NCBI GenBank assembly: GCA_965637545.1
Contig: OZ281498.1
Location: 27,838,001 to 27,902,000, forward strand
Length of the DNA stretch: 64,000 nt
Origin: Phallusia mammillata
Lineage: Eukaryota
Direction of reading: 5' to 3'
The notes beneath the pieces were generated by a model. That model made no database searches and had not been told where the DNA came from. It saw only the letters and a list, made by a program, of their open reading frames with translations. The translations under genes were made by a program, and so were the position numbers. Shown one piece after another: positions 36,929-51,900 of this stretch. Each line of letters begins with the position of its first letter. Within the stretch, counting starts at the first letter, position 1.

Positions 36929-39900
36929 ATGGACTCCTTCCGCGCCAAGAATTTTTCCATTGTTAGCGATTGTCAGTAAAGAATGCAAACTCTTTAAACT
37001 TTTAGTGCGGGTTTTTGCCGCGCAATCCGAATCAGTTTGCTTGAAATATTATAGGTTTTACTTCTCAAGCTTATGACATTGTTTGCAGCACGGCATTTAT
37101 ATTCGGTAACTCGAGTTTTTTTCTATTTCGATGTATTACAGGAAATTCCTATAACATTAAGAATTTCTCTATAGCGGGAAAGAGGAAATATTTTTCGTGG
37201 ATTAAGAATCGAGATTCGTTGAAACGGAGTAAGTTTGAACCAACTACGGGAAATGCTCAGGATTATTCGAGGTAAGATTTCCTTGTTTTCGGTGACCACG
37301 ATAGGGCGCAAAAGAGCCTTTTTAAGCCACTTGTTATAACCAGCTTTATGCTTTTAATGTTATTGGGATTAGTTCAACTGTCAACTTTACTAACGACATT
37401 TATGCTCCATAACGTTGACATGAAACGTGATAAATGGACGAGTCCCGTTTTTGAATAACCACGATTCAATCGAAGTTTGTTAATTACCAACTTTGGCGTT
37501 TCCGATCGCAAAAACTGATGAAAGTTGTTTGTGTTTTGTTTAACTGACAACAAGCGATTAAATAATGGTGATATGTGTGGAAATTGTCGTTCGCTGTATC
37601 GCATATTGTTAGTAATTAATTAATGCCGTAAATGATCGCTTTGAATCATGCTGAAATCTGTTTTAACAAATTATTTTTATGCTGTGATGGGTTTTCTTGA
37701 TATTTTTTCAATATGTTGCGTGAGGTTAGAAATTTTATAAGAATAAGAAATTTTAAACTTATTTTTTCGCGATTGCGTCATTGTTAATCCTCGTAGTGAA
37801 AAAAGGCAGAAACTGAAAAAGGTTGTTGAATAATTCATGGATTTCTCGTAGAGAAAAGTTTTACTTTGAGAATACTTTCGCTGTGGAAGTATTGATTACA
37901 TTTGACGAAATCTTAGTGTTCCTCCTGTTTTGTGAATTATTTATGCTTTCCCTCTGCTTCTAAAATCCCGCCACTGATTCAATGGCGCATCGCGGTTCAA
38001 ATTATCGAACGTTTCCAACTTTTAAGGTTCCTGCGCGATCCACTTAAATGCTCGCCCCACTTTCACGTAACCACTACAGACACATTTAAGTGCTTGTAAG
38101 TGATCCGTTATTTGTTTTGTGATTTTGTTTCAGTTCTCATTTTGCTGATGGCTGCAACCCACATCGCGCGATCTCAAACAACGTCCTTCACTGATGCGTT
38201 GCCCCTAGCAACGGAAGGCACGACCTTCGTGGATCCGACTCAAGGTGAAAAACCACAGCAGCAGTAGTAAAAATAAATCAAACTCGGAATTGTGTAGAAA
38301 TTTCCTGATGCAGCCGCATTGTATCAGGAGTGGGTGCAAGAGCATAATTCGTCAAAACGTTTTATGGAGAAACTTTTATCTATTTACGACTATTTAGGCT
38401 AGGTTATGCCGGTAAATATGCTGTTAGCAAATGTTAAGACGCACATCAACGACGACGCCTTAAATTGGCCAGGCGTACTGTGGCTGTTAGTTGATATGTT
38501 TCGTTTTTTCGAAATACCGTTAAAAATAAAAGAACAAAAATAAGCGATTGACGCAAAAAACATCACATTTATTTAAAATAAAGTGTCAAAAACTGCAAAC
38601 TGTGCTTAAAAAGTGTTTATTCCGGCGGCAAGGTCACCAAAATAGCAATGACGCCATGATATAATATCTTGCATGGCTGATCAGTTTTAGAAACTTGAAA
38701 CTGACCGTCACCTGTTTGTGCTTTGCAGCGGATCAAGAATTCGGAAGCAGAGGAACCAGCAAAAACCAGGTTGGAATGTTTGGATTGAAAACTTTTTGTT
38801 TGCGGGTGGATCTCACTAAAGCGGGTTAACGAGCACGCTTCAAGCGGTCATCCATGTCCCATGTTTAAACTGAACCCCTCCCAAAAAGTGGACTAGAATT
38901 TAACAGTGACAACAAATTTACAGTTTACTGGGCAAAGCTTGTTTTCCCTCCAACAGAGTAAATTGCCAACTATTTGAGATTTCAAACGTTTACAGCTCCA
39001 CAGGGAGGGGGGTACTTTTCCACGCATCAGTGGGCACAAGTGAAGCGTGATAAGCAGGGGAAGGGGAATTTAGCTTGAGTGATTCCACAGTTGGAAGTGT
39101 AAACAAACTAAAAACGCTTCCACGAAACTCACAAGTTTCCCCGTGCCTGACTAGACGAAGCTCGTTGGGCAACCCGCTTCAAGCGATTTGCAATTAATTG
39201 TAGAATGTCACATCGACATTTTAGTCACGAGGAACGCGCGCGTGCAGTGTTACGTCATAATCGAGTTAGATGCAAACTTGCACTTTGTAATCCGAGCACG
39301 AGAGGGGATTACGTCATGGTGTAATATTGTTGATGTCCGAAACACGGCGGGTGCGTTGCGCTTGTTTACCGAGTTCCCATGTGTGATGCAATGTTGGAAA
39401 GTTGCAAATACAGACCAAGTGTTAAACGGGTAACTTAAATGTTTCCCTTACAATTAACCTTATAGAGCTCTTCGGGCAATTGTATTTTTATTCGGACGTT
39501 TCGACGTCCTATACAGGTCGCCTTCACCAGGGTAAATAACACTGAATACGCGTAGTACAGTGCACAATAAACAAAGGAAAAAGGAATTAAACGCAAGCAA
39601 ATGTCGGAATAAAAATACAATTGCCAGAAGAGCTCTGTAAACTTAATATTATGCCTGGCAGCAATGGCTTTTATGTTCCCCTTATAATCTTCGCGTGCAT
39701 TCAGAAACACTATTACCTAGGTGGAGTGTAACTTGGTGTGTTGTATGGAAATGTTTGTAAGTTAGTTGGAACTAGCAGCACAGCGCGAAAGGGTGACACT
39801 TCGATCTAACCTTCGAACATAAACATCCTATGAAAGGCTCTGCCTATCGAGATGACGTAATTTGGGGAAAAAGGCAGGCGGGTGTAGATATGAGGGAGTC

Positions 39901-42900
39901 ACGCCCTGTAGTTTAGCTTGTCTGTCTCGAGCTCTCGGCGTTGTGGCAGTGCGTTGTGTGTTTCTGCTCGGACGGATCAACGCAAACAAATTCGGGTTCA
40001 GCTTCGATTGCTTGTGAAGGGAACACTGGGATATTTCATATTAGGTGAGTAACATTAATGTAGTTGGTCTTGCTTAAGGCTCGTTCGCATGAAACAATTA
40101 ACCTGTTGTTCTGTGCTGTGGGCGACACACGCTTCAAAAGTTGGTGGCTCGTTTACGTGAAGCGCCTCCCGAACCTCAAGAGCAAACTGTAACTTGCTCA
40201 CTTAGAAAAGATTTTTGTTTGCAATGTTTTGGGGTAAAGTCCTGGAAACTGCTTTGCTCAGGTAAACTGGGCATATCTAATTAAAAATAGAATTGTCATC
40301 GAGGTAGATTAAAAAAAAGTCATTTCACCGATAAAGAAAAGAGTAAAGCATTGAAATCATGAGATAACTATGTTTTTGCTGCTTCAATCTTGATTCAATT
40401 GCTTTGCCCGAACACTGTTTTTTTCGTAGCTCGGGTTTTGTCAAGTTTTACTGCGTCGACAGATTTTACCCGCTAACCTTGTATTGCCTCGCTCCGTGTT
40501 GAAACCAGAAAAACTGAAACCAATTACAGTCAGTTTCCCGCGTGTAACCTTGGTAACAGCGGTCAGTGGTGTGAAATGGTCGCAATTTTGGTTTTCGGGT
40601 TTTGCTGTAGTTTGTTCGCGGTTGCCCGGATCGACGATTGTGACGTGTCTAAGGTTGGAGGAAGTTAGCCCCGCCCTAATGTTTGATTGACATCTAACAT
40701 TAATGCCCGTCTATATAACAACTTCCATGTGAATATTTACATTGGGTTGGGCTTGTTAAAACATCAGAACACGGGGGAAGAAAACGATGTTTAAATTGTT
40801 TGCTCGCGTGAAAGCTACGGTCGAAATAAACATATTTCTGTTATAAAGCGATTCCCGTCAATTCAATACTAACGTATATTGAATATCTCTTGCACATTTC
40901 ATTGTATCAAACATTTAACTATGTAGTGTATGGAAATGTTAATAATAATTGAAAACAAATGTATTTAAATCGCATTAACTTCATGTAATGTTGAATATAG
41001 GAACGTCAGAAGCCTTTCTAACACAAATGCCGTCATTTATTCAGGCGAAGATTTGAATGCACAGCAGCCACAAAAGGTTATTCGCTGGTTGCGACATTTC
41101 GAATAAAATGCAACCGGCAATCGCGACATTCCTTTATCCGCGGTCAGTCATGCACGACATTTCGCGTAATATCGTCACAATGGTGGCATTCAGGTTTATG
41201 TAAATCTCTGGAATATTTGAGTAGCGGACCACGCCACATTACATGCTGTACATTACATGTTGAGCGTGTCTGCATGCTACTTCATATAATGTTGTCAGTA
41301 GCAGTGGTTCAGTTGTTAGACATTGTATTGTAGTCATCCAGTTAGGTAAGATCTATTGTAAGCATGGCATATGATATACAGTTAACCTCGGTTAAGCCGG
41401 ACCCGTTTAGACCAAACAAATGTCTAGATTAAAGTCTTACCACATTACAAATCATTTGTGCTTCAAGTTTTGTCCGAATTATGCGAAGATCCGGATTAAC
41501 CGCGGTTTACTGCAAGTGGTTAAACATTAAATAGGATAAAGTACTTGCACGTTGCAAGTATAGTAACATATAGAAAAGTCATATTTCTACTTCACTTTCT
41601 GTTGAGGTAACAAACGTACATGTATTGTAAGCATGACGTATGATATATGTGTTCAAACACTAAATACGATAAAGTAACATATAACCCAAAAATCCAAACC
41701 TGTCTTCGAGTAGTAGGGTGCTAAGCTAACACATTTGCAGTTCGCTTTGTGTTAATCCAGTTGGTTCGGTAAATATCAACAAGTTAACAGTTTCCACGAT
41801 GGCAGGGCGTAAAATTTTGACTGTGTTTGTTCCTTTCACGGGGATCGGGCTTTGATGTGACAGTGAGCGGTAGGGACCGGGTGGATCTCACTTTAATGGG
41901 GGAGGGGGGCAATTTCATCCAATTGAAAGGTAATTTTGTGCCTGGTACATGACTACAGGGCAAGAGTTGTTTAACTACGTGGTGAGGGTTGAAATGCAGA
42001 TGCGCGTAAAGTCGGCGGAAATTTTCTGTGGTTTAACGAATTTGTCGTTCAACTGCTGTAATGCTAAACAAAATAGTAGTTGGTTTTTTGGTTGGTTTTA
42101 ATTTGTTAAATGTGCAACCTGGTGGACGAAACGCCTGTTCAGAATTTTCTGTGGGTTGTTTAAATTATTATTTTCGTGTAAATTGTCGCAGAATCGGGTT
42201 TTTTAAAAAAAATCGGGTTTTAGTTGATATGTCTTGGTTCAAAGTTTTTTAAAATCTTGATGATTAAAAATTTGAGGCTAAGAGTGAAAAGTTGTTGTTG
42301 TTTGGAGTGAAATCCGTAACTGACCTTAAGTTATTTCAACAATCGTCAAATTTTGTCCGAAATTTCATCGGGCTCTTTAAGTTAATTGTCACGTGACGAA
42401 TCTTTTCCCGTTTCCCCAGCGACGACGATCTGGCGCCGTTCTGACGTCTCGATATCAAAGCATTGTGACGTCACACACCGGCTGTTCGTAATTTCGAATC
42501 TTGAAAGCTTTTATCTCGATCTGCGCGCGAGAGGTTGGACTGGACTGAGCTGGGCTAGGTGGGCGATTTGAGCTCTGTTATAATCTGAGACGCAGTTTAG
42601 TTACGAAACAATGAACATGGGGCAGTTGTAAGTTTTATGACAAGATAAATACGGGTTGAGGCGAAGTAATAAATCATGCCGCCTTTAAATTATATGAACA
42701 GTTTATTAAGTCATGAATTGAATATTTTGTGACAACATACAAAAACAGGCAACATATTGCAACAAGAGCTCGGTATTTTGCGAGTAGTGCATAAAACCTT
42801 TTACTTTTTAACACGCAACCTTTTGTCGCCGTAATCTACGCGTTTTTACCTGCCAATTGCGCTTGTTTCTCGCATTTTTTGCTGCTTTTACTGGTTTTAC

Positions 42901-45900
42901 GCGCTTTTTGGTTTTGTATTTTGTGAGAATGACACAAGTTGTTGTCGAAACGTCATGTTTTATACAAATATATTGGCTTGTTTGTTTCTCGTTAGGTCAT
43001 AAAACTTCCCACAAAAAATCGTGTTGTACCACATTTGCTAAACAAACTATCAGGGTAGGAGGTTGCATGTGTTTGTTGTGTTCGTCCGCAACATGGGGTG
43101 TCAAATTGCACTGAATAATTCATAAAGTGAATAATTAAACACAGCCCCATCAATCGATACCGGTTTGGTGATGCTGGTGAATGTAATGGGCTTGTTCATC
43201 GCAACATATGCTTCGCAGGGGAAGTTATTAACTAACTAAAACCGGCAACTGTCAGTTTGTGAAAGTATTTGCCGGTGGCAAACATTGGGTGGTGAATTCG
43301 GTTTGCTCAGTTTGATAAAACCCGCACTAATGTTTGCTGAGTCAATATGACGTTGTTGTTTTCGGAGTGACGTATTCCTGGGGCATCTTGTAGATACAAC
43401 GTGTCGCATAAATGTTTGTGAGGCGACAATTTATGCAGTGCACATGTTAGAGTAGATGATATGTAGCCAGTGGTGGGATTCAGCCGGTTCGCACCAGTTC
43501 TATAGAACCGCCTCACAAAATTTAATGAGATCAGCGAACCGGTTAGCATTACTGGTGACTGTCAATGGACTTTTTGTAACAGAACCGGCTGAAAAATATG
43601 AGTTTTTTAACTTTGAATGCCACCATTGTATGTAGCGCATTAAAAACTGGCTTTTTAAGTGTAAACCATTAGTTAGATGAATCGCATTTTGTAATAACTT
43701 TATTCTTTGCTTCAAGCTTTATCTGTTCAAGTTGAAAAATATGGAAAGGAGGCTAAATAGAAGCGAGCGGATAATATGAAGCATTAAAAACTGGTTCCAG
43801 AAGCTTAAACTATAAATTAGGCGGGTCGCATTTTGGGATAAACTTATTTTGCCTTAATGTTTTAAACCTAGAACCTAATTAAGGGAAAAGTTTTGAGGCA
43901 TCGTCAGCTGTTCGATTGCTGATTGGTCGCAGTTCCCGGAAGTAGGAAGTGCAATTTCCCACAGCGTGTGCAGGGAAGTTGCGAAATTATGTTGGGGGTC
44001 GAGCAGGTTTTGCGATTCGCATCAGATTAAGGGTTAACGTGGTTATGAAAATCTATGAGAAAGATAACGAGCCACATATAAGTAAAAGTCGATATGTAAT
44101 GTTGTCAAATTTCGGCTTTTGTCCAAACGACCCGTAATAATGTATGACACTTTTTATCTATTTAAGTCCAAAAGTTTTTATCTATTTAAGTCCAAAAGTT
44201 TTTATCTATTTAAGTCCAAAACTTAGTTATGCTTCATTGTCAGATGTTTCGGCAAATGTTCGTGTTGGCGTCAACGGCATAAAAATACCCAGATTGTGAG
44301 CAATGTTTAGACTTTACTTAACGTTTGCCAGAACCGTCCCATATTAACGCATGTCGTCTATAAGGGAACATATTTGGACAGATTTGTGTTTTAGACAATT
44401 TCTCAAGTTGTGTCTTGTATTCAAATAAATACTTGACATGAGGTTTTGTTCACACACCTTGTAATAATGTTGGACACTTTTTATCCATTCAAGTCCTTAT
44501 AATTTGCATGTGTATATTTCTCATACGTCTTACGAACAGATTTTTATGTCCATTTAAGTCATTACATTTCTCATATATTTTTCCTATAAGTCTTGTGAAC
44601 AAATTCGTGTCAAATGTTTCGGCTTTTGTCCAAATGACCCTTGATATTGTATGACACTTTCACCTATTAAGTCATTACATTCTTAATAGTCTTGCGGACA
44701 AATTCGTGTTTAATTTTCCGAACCACATTAAGGTTTCCGTCAGCTTCACCGGTAGCAGCTGCAGCTTCATCGGTAGCAGCTTATGTTGTCTTGTTGACGA
44801 CTCGCAACGACAGCCACGTCTGCTGGGGATTCACTTCTGACAAAATTTCGTCAGCCTTCCTTATGTCAGGGGATTGGTCGGGTTGGAAAGCTTTTATTAT
44901 TTCCGCGCCAATTCTTTCCACTGCTAAGATCGTCCTGTTACGCTCTTATTCGGGTTTTGTCGGCTTACGACAGTTCTTGGCTGTGTATCAAGTTACTCAG
45001 GCCAAATTTAATCAAGCCCAAGTTTTCTGTGCTCTGTCTTGCAACTTCCAACAAATTGTGCTTTTAGCAGTACTATGGTGTAAACGTAAAACTCAATGCA
45101 GACCAAATTGACATTAATGTAAGAAAATTTGGACAAACATTCATTGTTTTATAGAGGATACTTAAAATTCGATTGCAAACAAAATACGACAATTTTCTAT
45201 TTGCTCAACTGTGGACCTAAATATGAATATGTTGGTCAAAGGTTAAAAGATGTACTGACACAGAAATCGTCCTGATCCACCGATGCTCAACATCCAGTCA
45301 CATATATAGACATATATGCAGTGGTGGGATTCAGCCGGTTCGCACCGGTTCTATAGAACATTCTTGCGAAATTTTATGAGATCAACGAACCGGTTGGCAT
45401 TACTGGTTACTGTCAATGGACTTTTTCTAACCGAACCAGCTGACAAAACATTTGAATCTCACCACTGCATATATGTTAAAGTTGTCAGCTAAGTATGAAG
45501 CGGTTAATTCGCAAGTTTCCCCCCCACACGGAAACATACAAGCGTTCCACGTCACACTACGGGGTCATCAGGGTCAACGGGTTCAGGTTTCATAAAGTTG
45601 CGACAGACATTCACGTGACACTCTGTAGAGCCAAATAACTTGAAACTATTCCAACTTCCTTGTGATGTTTTGCAAATTCACCCCCCGCTAAGCCGCCCGC
45701 AAATATTATGGAATTACCACAAGCGCAATAAACTCCACGTGACAAGATCGGCGCAACTTTCAACGTTTCTACTTTGCGCAACTTTCAAACATTAGACCAG
45801 GGGTTGGCAACCTTGTTAGGTGACGCGTGCCGATTTACTTGTCATTTCCATGTGTTAATGACCTCGCGTGCCAACGTTTTGGAAAATAATAGTGGTTCGT

Positions 45901-48900
45901 GCCAGCAGATATCAATAATAAAGAGAAAGCAGAGTGTTTTGTTCATGAAAGGCTGAATTTTAAGACAATGACATGATAAAAACTATAAACAAGCGGTGTA
46001 ACAGGTGAAATTGTTACTTCAATATAAACACGCAAATCGGTTGGCGTGTCATGAAATACCACCTCGCATGGCAAACTTGGCACGCTTGCCAGGGGGTGCC
46101 GAACCCTGCATTAGATGAATTCGGTTGAAGTTACGATCTTGATGTAATAGTTGCTTGTGACGTAAGCTGATAACGATTTTATGACGTAATGCAAGCACGA
46201 GGTTTCGTCGTGTGTCGACATTGACACTAAATATAAACTTATAAGTTGGCATGTAAACAACCCACAGACACAATAGCAAGTTTAGGCAGCTGAGTTAAGA
46301 TGTTTTGCGCACCAGCTTCGTGCAGTCAACCATTGCATACCAGCGTCGTGCAGTAAACCGAATACAAGAGAAAGGAATTTAAACAACTTGTCTGCTGTAC
46401 TTTGTTACATTGAGTTTTCAAAACCCGAGAACTGAAAACAGAATTAGTGAATGAAGTTTACGTGGAATATTTTATATTTCGCCAAACATATGTAGTTCAA
46501 AACCACAGGATAAAACACAAAAAGGGCGAATATAAACAGCGATCGTTAAAGCACATGTTTATTAAGGATTCGTTGTTGCAGAAAAACTTGTGATCTTGCT
46601 GTAACCATCAAAAATTTCAAGCGAGTAGAATCGGGTAAAAACCGTTGCTGAAAAGTTTAATTTGTTGAAGCGAAATTTGCAGCGTGTTTTGAATCAACGT
46701 CCACAGTTTGTGTTCAAAACTTCAACCGTTTGAATTCGTGTAGTCAGGCTCGTCAAGCTTTTGTTGTGCGCAAGTGGCCGTTCAATTCAATATTCGTTTA
46801 ATGCCCTTGTACTGCTGGACCACCTGCCAAAAGTGGAGGGCCCTTAACATCATATAGTCCACTTGAAGCGGCGTCGAGCACAACCGAACCAACCGTTCCT
46901 GCTCGTAGATTTAATATAAACGTGTTTTGTGAAGACAAGCGCCCAACACATGTTCTATCATGTCTTTGTGTATCCCATCTTCAACCGTAGTAGCCGGGGT
47001 TGGCAGGTTTCAGGCCCTGACCTGTTCCGTTGCCCAGATGGCACCCGATCGGCCCCGTAACCATGACAACAGGGGATCTATAACCTCCTGTGCGTCGCGA
47101 CCTTAGCCAGTTGTGTGTGTTGAGCGCGGCTTATTCAGTGGAAAAGCGCTTCGATATTTCAGATGCGAAGTCAGCTTGTTGGCTAGGTCAGAGTCAGTAG
47201 AACGAAAATTTATGTAAAACACAAGTTGTTCAACCGATTGCTCCGCGATAGAGTTTAGTTTTCTAAATAATACAGCAGGTATAAGAAAAGCACATGTCGC
47301 AAACTGGAGGTTTTAACGCAAATTTGATAGAACCCATAAGTTTCATTCAATTTTTATGTAGACTTTGAGTAGAACGAGTCAGTTGGCCCAACCCGTTATC
47401 TCAGCGGGTTTGAGATAAGTCAGTTATCTCAGCGGGTATAGGAAAAGAACATATACTGTCTGATTTTTACTTGGGAGTTTTAACGCGAATTTGATCGCCA
47501 AATTGATAGAACCCATAAGGTTCGTTCACTGTTTTATGTAGACTTTTGAGTAGAAAGAGTCAGTTGGCGCAACCCGGCAGTTTAGATGGGAATCCGCTCA
47601 TCAACTTTTTGCCCGCACCGATAACTTTGGCACCATGACGATCCACTCCTGAACTAGTGCACGTACACGTCATCACTAGTGACGTCATCGCAGCACCTCA
47701 GCGGATTGACATGGTGTCAGAGATTTCGGCGGGCGCTGTCATCCGATGAGAAGGAGGTATAGTTCGGTTTGTGGCAGAAACTTGTGGCTAAACCCGCTAC
47801 TGTAGAGTGCAAGTGGCCCTGGGCGAAGTGTTCGAGTGGGTTTTGTCGAATTCGAGAATTTTTTGCGGCTTTACAATGCATTGTGACGCATAGCTCCGTT
47901 TCAAACGTCACAAAGGGCCTTATTTACGTCACAAACACGTGATTTTTTCCTGGCTTAATCTGTAATTAGGATTTTAACAAGAAACTTCGGTGTGAAAACC
48001 ACTAAATCTGTCGCTGTGTTGTATTTGTTTTGCGAAAACAAATGCATTTCGCTATTGTGAGCATCATCAGTGTCTGAAAACAAAATAAAAAGCGGGATGA
48101 AACCAAACGACCTGAATCGTCGCAGTTGCTTTACTAGAAAGGAGATTTCATTAATAAGAAAAGATTTACTACGTTGGATGTTAACAATTCTATCTGTTTG
48201 TTTCTGCAGATCAACTTAGGGGAAACAGCCAGTACTTTGAGCAACGATGAAAGTTCGGTTGAAATTTGTTGGGATCTTGTGACACAACAGGTTGGTAACA
48301 TCTACTTCCTTATGTTGCGACGCTCAATGAATGCGTAACCCGGCATCAAGACTGCCATGAATTATTTAGATTCGAAACCTCATCACTGTCGTGCTGTCCA
48401 CAGCTGTCAGGCCTTGCCCTGGGAATTCGAATCCGGTTGTAAATTTCCAATTTGTCAGCGCAAAAAAATTTTTGACCCCGGGCATGAAACTTTATATTGG
48501 CGTGAATCAATGGGTTTTGTTGTTGTGGTGGTTTAATATAAGGTAGATGACATAATATAAGCTATTGCTGCCAGGCATAATATCAAGTTTATAGAGCTCT
48601 ACTGGTTTTCAGTGTTATTTACACTGATGAAGGCGACCTGTACAGGACGTTGAAACGTCGGAATAAAAACACATATGCCAGAAGAGCTCTACAAACTTGA
48701 TATATGACATAATTCGAGCGAATGCGTCACCAGTCGTGTTGTGGGTATAGAAAAACGCCAAGTGTTGTCTGTTAAAGTTGGATTATTTTGGTTTTTTTTG
48801 TTTAGTTTGCGGTCTTGGTCGCGAAATTAAACAAGCCAAGTTCGTTGAAAATGCAAACGATTATATTTGTGTGGGACGAATGCATTACTGGTTGCTGAAA

Positions 48901-51900
48901 TATTATAAATTGTTAGGTAGGACATACTAGCCTTCCTTTTAGATGCTTTACAAAACGCTTTTACGCGGTTTAAACTCAAGCAAATGGTAACATCTACATG
49001 AATAAGTGTGCAGAATATTTCCTCGATATTTATGATATCTGTGTTTGCCCGGGCATAAATAATAGAAATCATAAATCGATCAAAAACGCGGCCGATGCCA
49101 GTCAGCTGTCTGGCGGGTGACTTCGTAACAATGAGCGATTGTCTCGTGTTTGTCTTTTAACGATAGTAACCATGGCAACGCTGGTTTACATGTGACACGC
49201 GGTTTATGTGTGACAATATCCGATGAGATGTAGAAATACGTCGAGCAGCGTCCGGCCGATTTAGACCACCCACCGAGTTTGGGGGTGCGATTTGACGTCA
49301 TCTTGTGTTCCGGCTGACTGCGTCGTGTATCCGTGTTCAGCTAGGATCATCCCCCCAACAAAACTTGGTTCCCACCAAATTTCCCCTCAGTGCGTAGGTT
49401 TGTGAGTTTACCACAAATTGTGCGATGTTTGACTTCGTGTATAAGATATTGTTTACATAATGTCAACTTTATAGAGGTCTTCTGGCAATTGTATTTTTAT
49501 TCCGACGTTTCGACGTCCTATACAGGTCGCCTTCATCAGAGTAAATAACACTGAATGCGCGTAGTAAAGTGCACGATAAACAAAAGGAAAAAGAATAGAA
49601 CGCAAACACGCCACAACGCAACGGCTTCGTGCTTTATCTCAGTTTTCGCGTGAAGCCAGTTGTGCCATTTCCGTCTTGGAACATTTCCCTGTTCAATAAC
49701 CGTCCAATGGATTGTCGCAATAGCTGAGATTTCACGATGTACAGAAGGGGGTTTCAGCGCAGTGGTGGGATTCAGCTGGTTCGCACCGGTTCTATAAAAC
49801 CGTCTTACAAAATTGACATCAGCGAGCCGGTTACTGGTTACTGTCAATGGACGTTTTGTAACAGAACCGGCTGAAAACTATGACTTTTGTGATTGAACCC
49901 GCTGATAAAAAATTTGAATCCCACCACCGACTTGAGGGTCGAAAGTTGGAAGTTTCCACAACGTATGATTTCTATTTCCCAACCATAATTATGACGTAAT
50001 AGTAATTGAACTCGATAAAATCAACAAACGTCACAATTACAATGTGTTCCACATGACTGGGCACCACGTTCCGCACCACCGCACACAATCATTCCGACCT
50101 GATTCAGTTGTTTTACCCCTTCACGCATGAGTAGGTTTGGTACAACACACCACTCATTGTTGGGTTTCGGGATTGTTGAAATCTGGTGGAAGTACGGCGG
50201 AAAATTCAACGCGAGATTGTTGAGATGTTTTAGCACAGGAGGCGTCAAGCGCGTTTGTGATTGTATTTGAATAAGAACGCACGATGCCAATTAAAGGCGA
50301 AATGTATATTCTCAATTTTTTATCGCCTGATTCTGTTTCCATGGTAACCTGTTTCCATAATTAGACTTTTGTGTTTAAAATGTCGCTATATCTGGACCAT
50401 CCAAATAAACGTAAAAAGAGACATGCTTTATTGTTCAAACATTTCGGCAAATGCTCATGCCATCATCAGTGATATGAAGGCCACATCAGTTAAACACGTT
50501 TATACACTTCTTTTGCGTGATAGTAAAATAAAATCATTTAAATATTCTACTATTATTTTTTCGACAACATTGTAAAACTGAATTTTGTTGCAGAATGAAA
50601 CGAGAGAAGAGAAACACCCTATCGCTTTGGAAACATTGCTCATTAGCCACGTGACGTGTGTGGTGACGTACGTCGGAAATGTCACGGGTGATTGCGCACC
50701 AAGGTCGGAAGGTTGCGGATTGTTTCGTTTCACATCAGCGGAAGGTAAAACTCTCTTTGTGACGTAATTGGGTGCGGTCAATGACGTAACAAACATGTGG
50801 GTGGGTCATGGGCGGGTCAAGGGGGCGCTTAAAAGGGAATTAAAGTTTTTGAGTTGGTCGGATTTGTTAAGGTCAGAATTAGAATGGGCACAGAACCTTT
50901 CCTTATGTAGTTTTCAATGTAAAACCGAGTACTGTCTTTAAATCGTCAGAAATCGTTTAAATCTTATGATAAATATAACGGCCCAAATAGACGTACAAAG
51001 CGACATGCTTTAACATTAAAACGTTTCTTAAGTGTTTACAAACGGGTGTAACTGATGTGGCCTTCAAATCACTGATGATGGCATGAGCATTTGCAGAAAC
51101 GTTTGAATAATAAAGCATGTCGCTTTTACGTCTATTTGAGGCCGTTGTGTTTATCATTAAACATGTGAACAGATCTTTGTGTAGTGTTCGTTTAAATTGT
51201 TTAACGTTCATGCCAATAGCATTTTCTTGGCTACCAAATCTGAGCGGTTTTACCACGACTTTGACAAACTCGGCGCTTTTTAATTGTCCCACCCGACTTG
51301 CATCGTTTCAATGAAGTTTGTTGCTTGGATTCGGTAATTTGAATTACGCAAGAACGTTGCAACCTGGTTTGAGTAATGTTGCCTGGCAGTTTTGCGCGGA
51401 AGAAGGTCTCACCTTCGTTAACCTCACCTGTCTTTTGTTGCACCGAATCAACGCAAGGTCACATCACATACAGAGGTTGAACACATCGCAACACAGCTGT
51501 CCTAATGGTTATCTGCGTTAAATTTTCACACGTAACAGTCTGATATGCTCAGTAATGTTGGACTTTTCATGACAAGTAACATAAGTTGCGCACAAATTAC
51601 AACAATACTCGAGCACTTGACACGCGGACTTAAAACGTAGTTTGATCAAAATCGAAACTTCTATAAAGCTTGTGTGTTAGGAATATATTGTATTGCACTG
51701 AATATAACAATAGTGTTTGTAAAAACTTCTCCTTTGAAACGGATTTTAACGCAAATTAAAACAATAGTTTAGAAACGCTGGACACAACATTGAAAATATA
51801 GTTCGGCAAAGAAATGTAGGAGAGCTTATGTGTTGTTTTTAGTTAGGTTCTGATAATGCTAAAACCTTTTTACATTTGCGTTTATTTCACACAACGCACT

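Noticed and set aside
44692-45111. 139-aa plus-strand ORF and a short minus-strand open stretch
   Set aside because: No recognisable domain, no convincing start or splice context.
47705-47730. LTR retrotransposon primer-binding site (CA-TGGTGTCAGA)
   Set aside because: No paired LTR, gag/pol ORF or polypurine tract found nearby.
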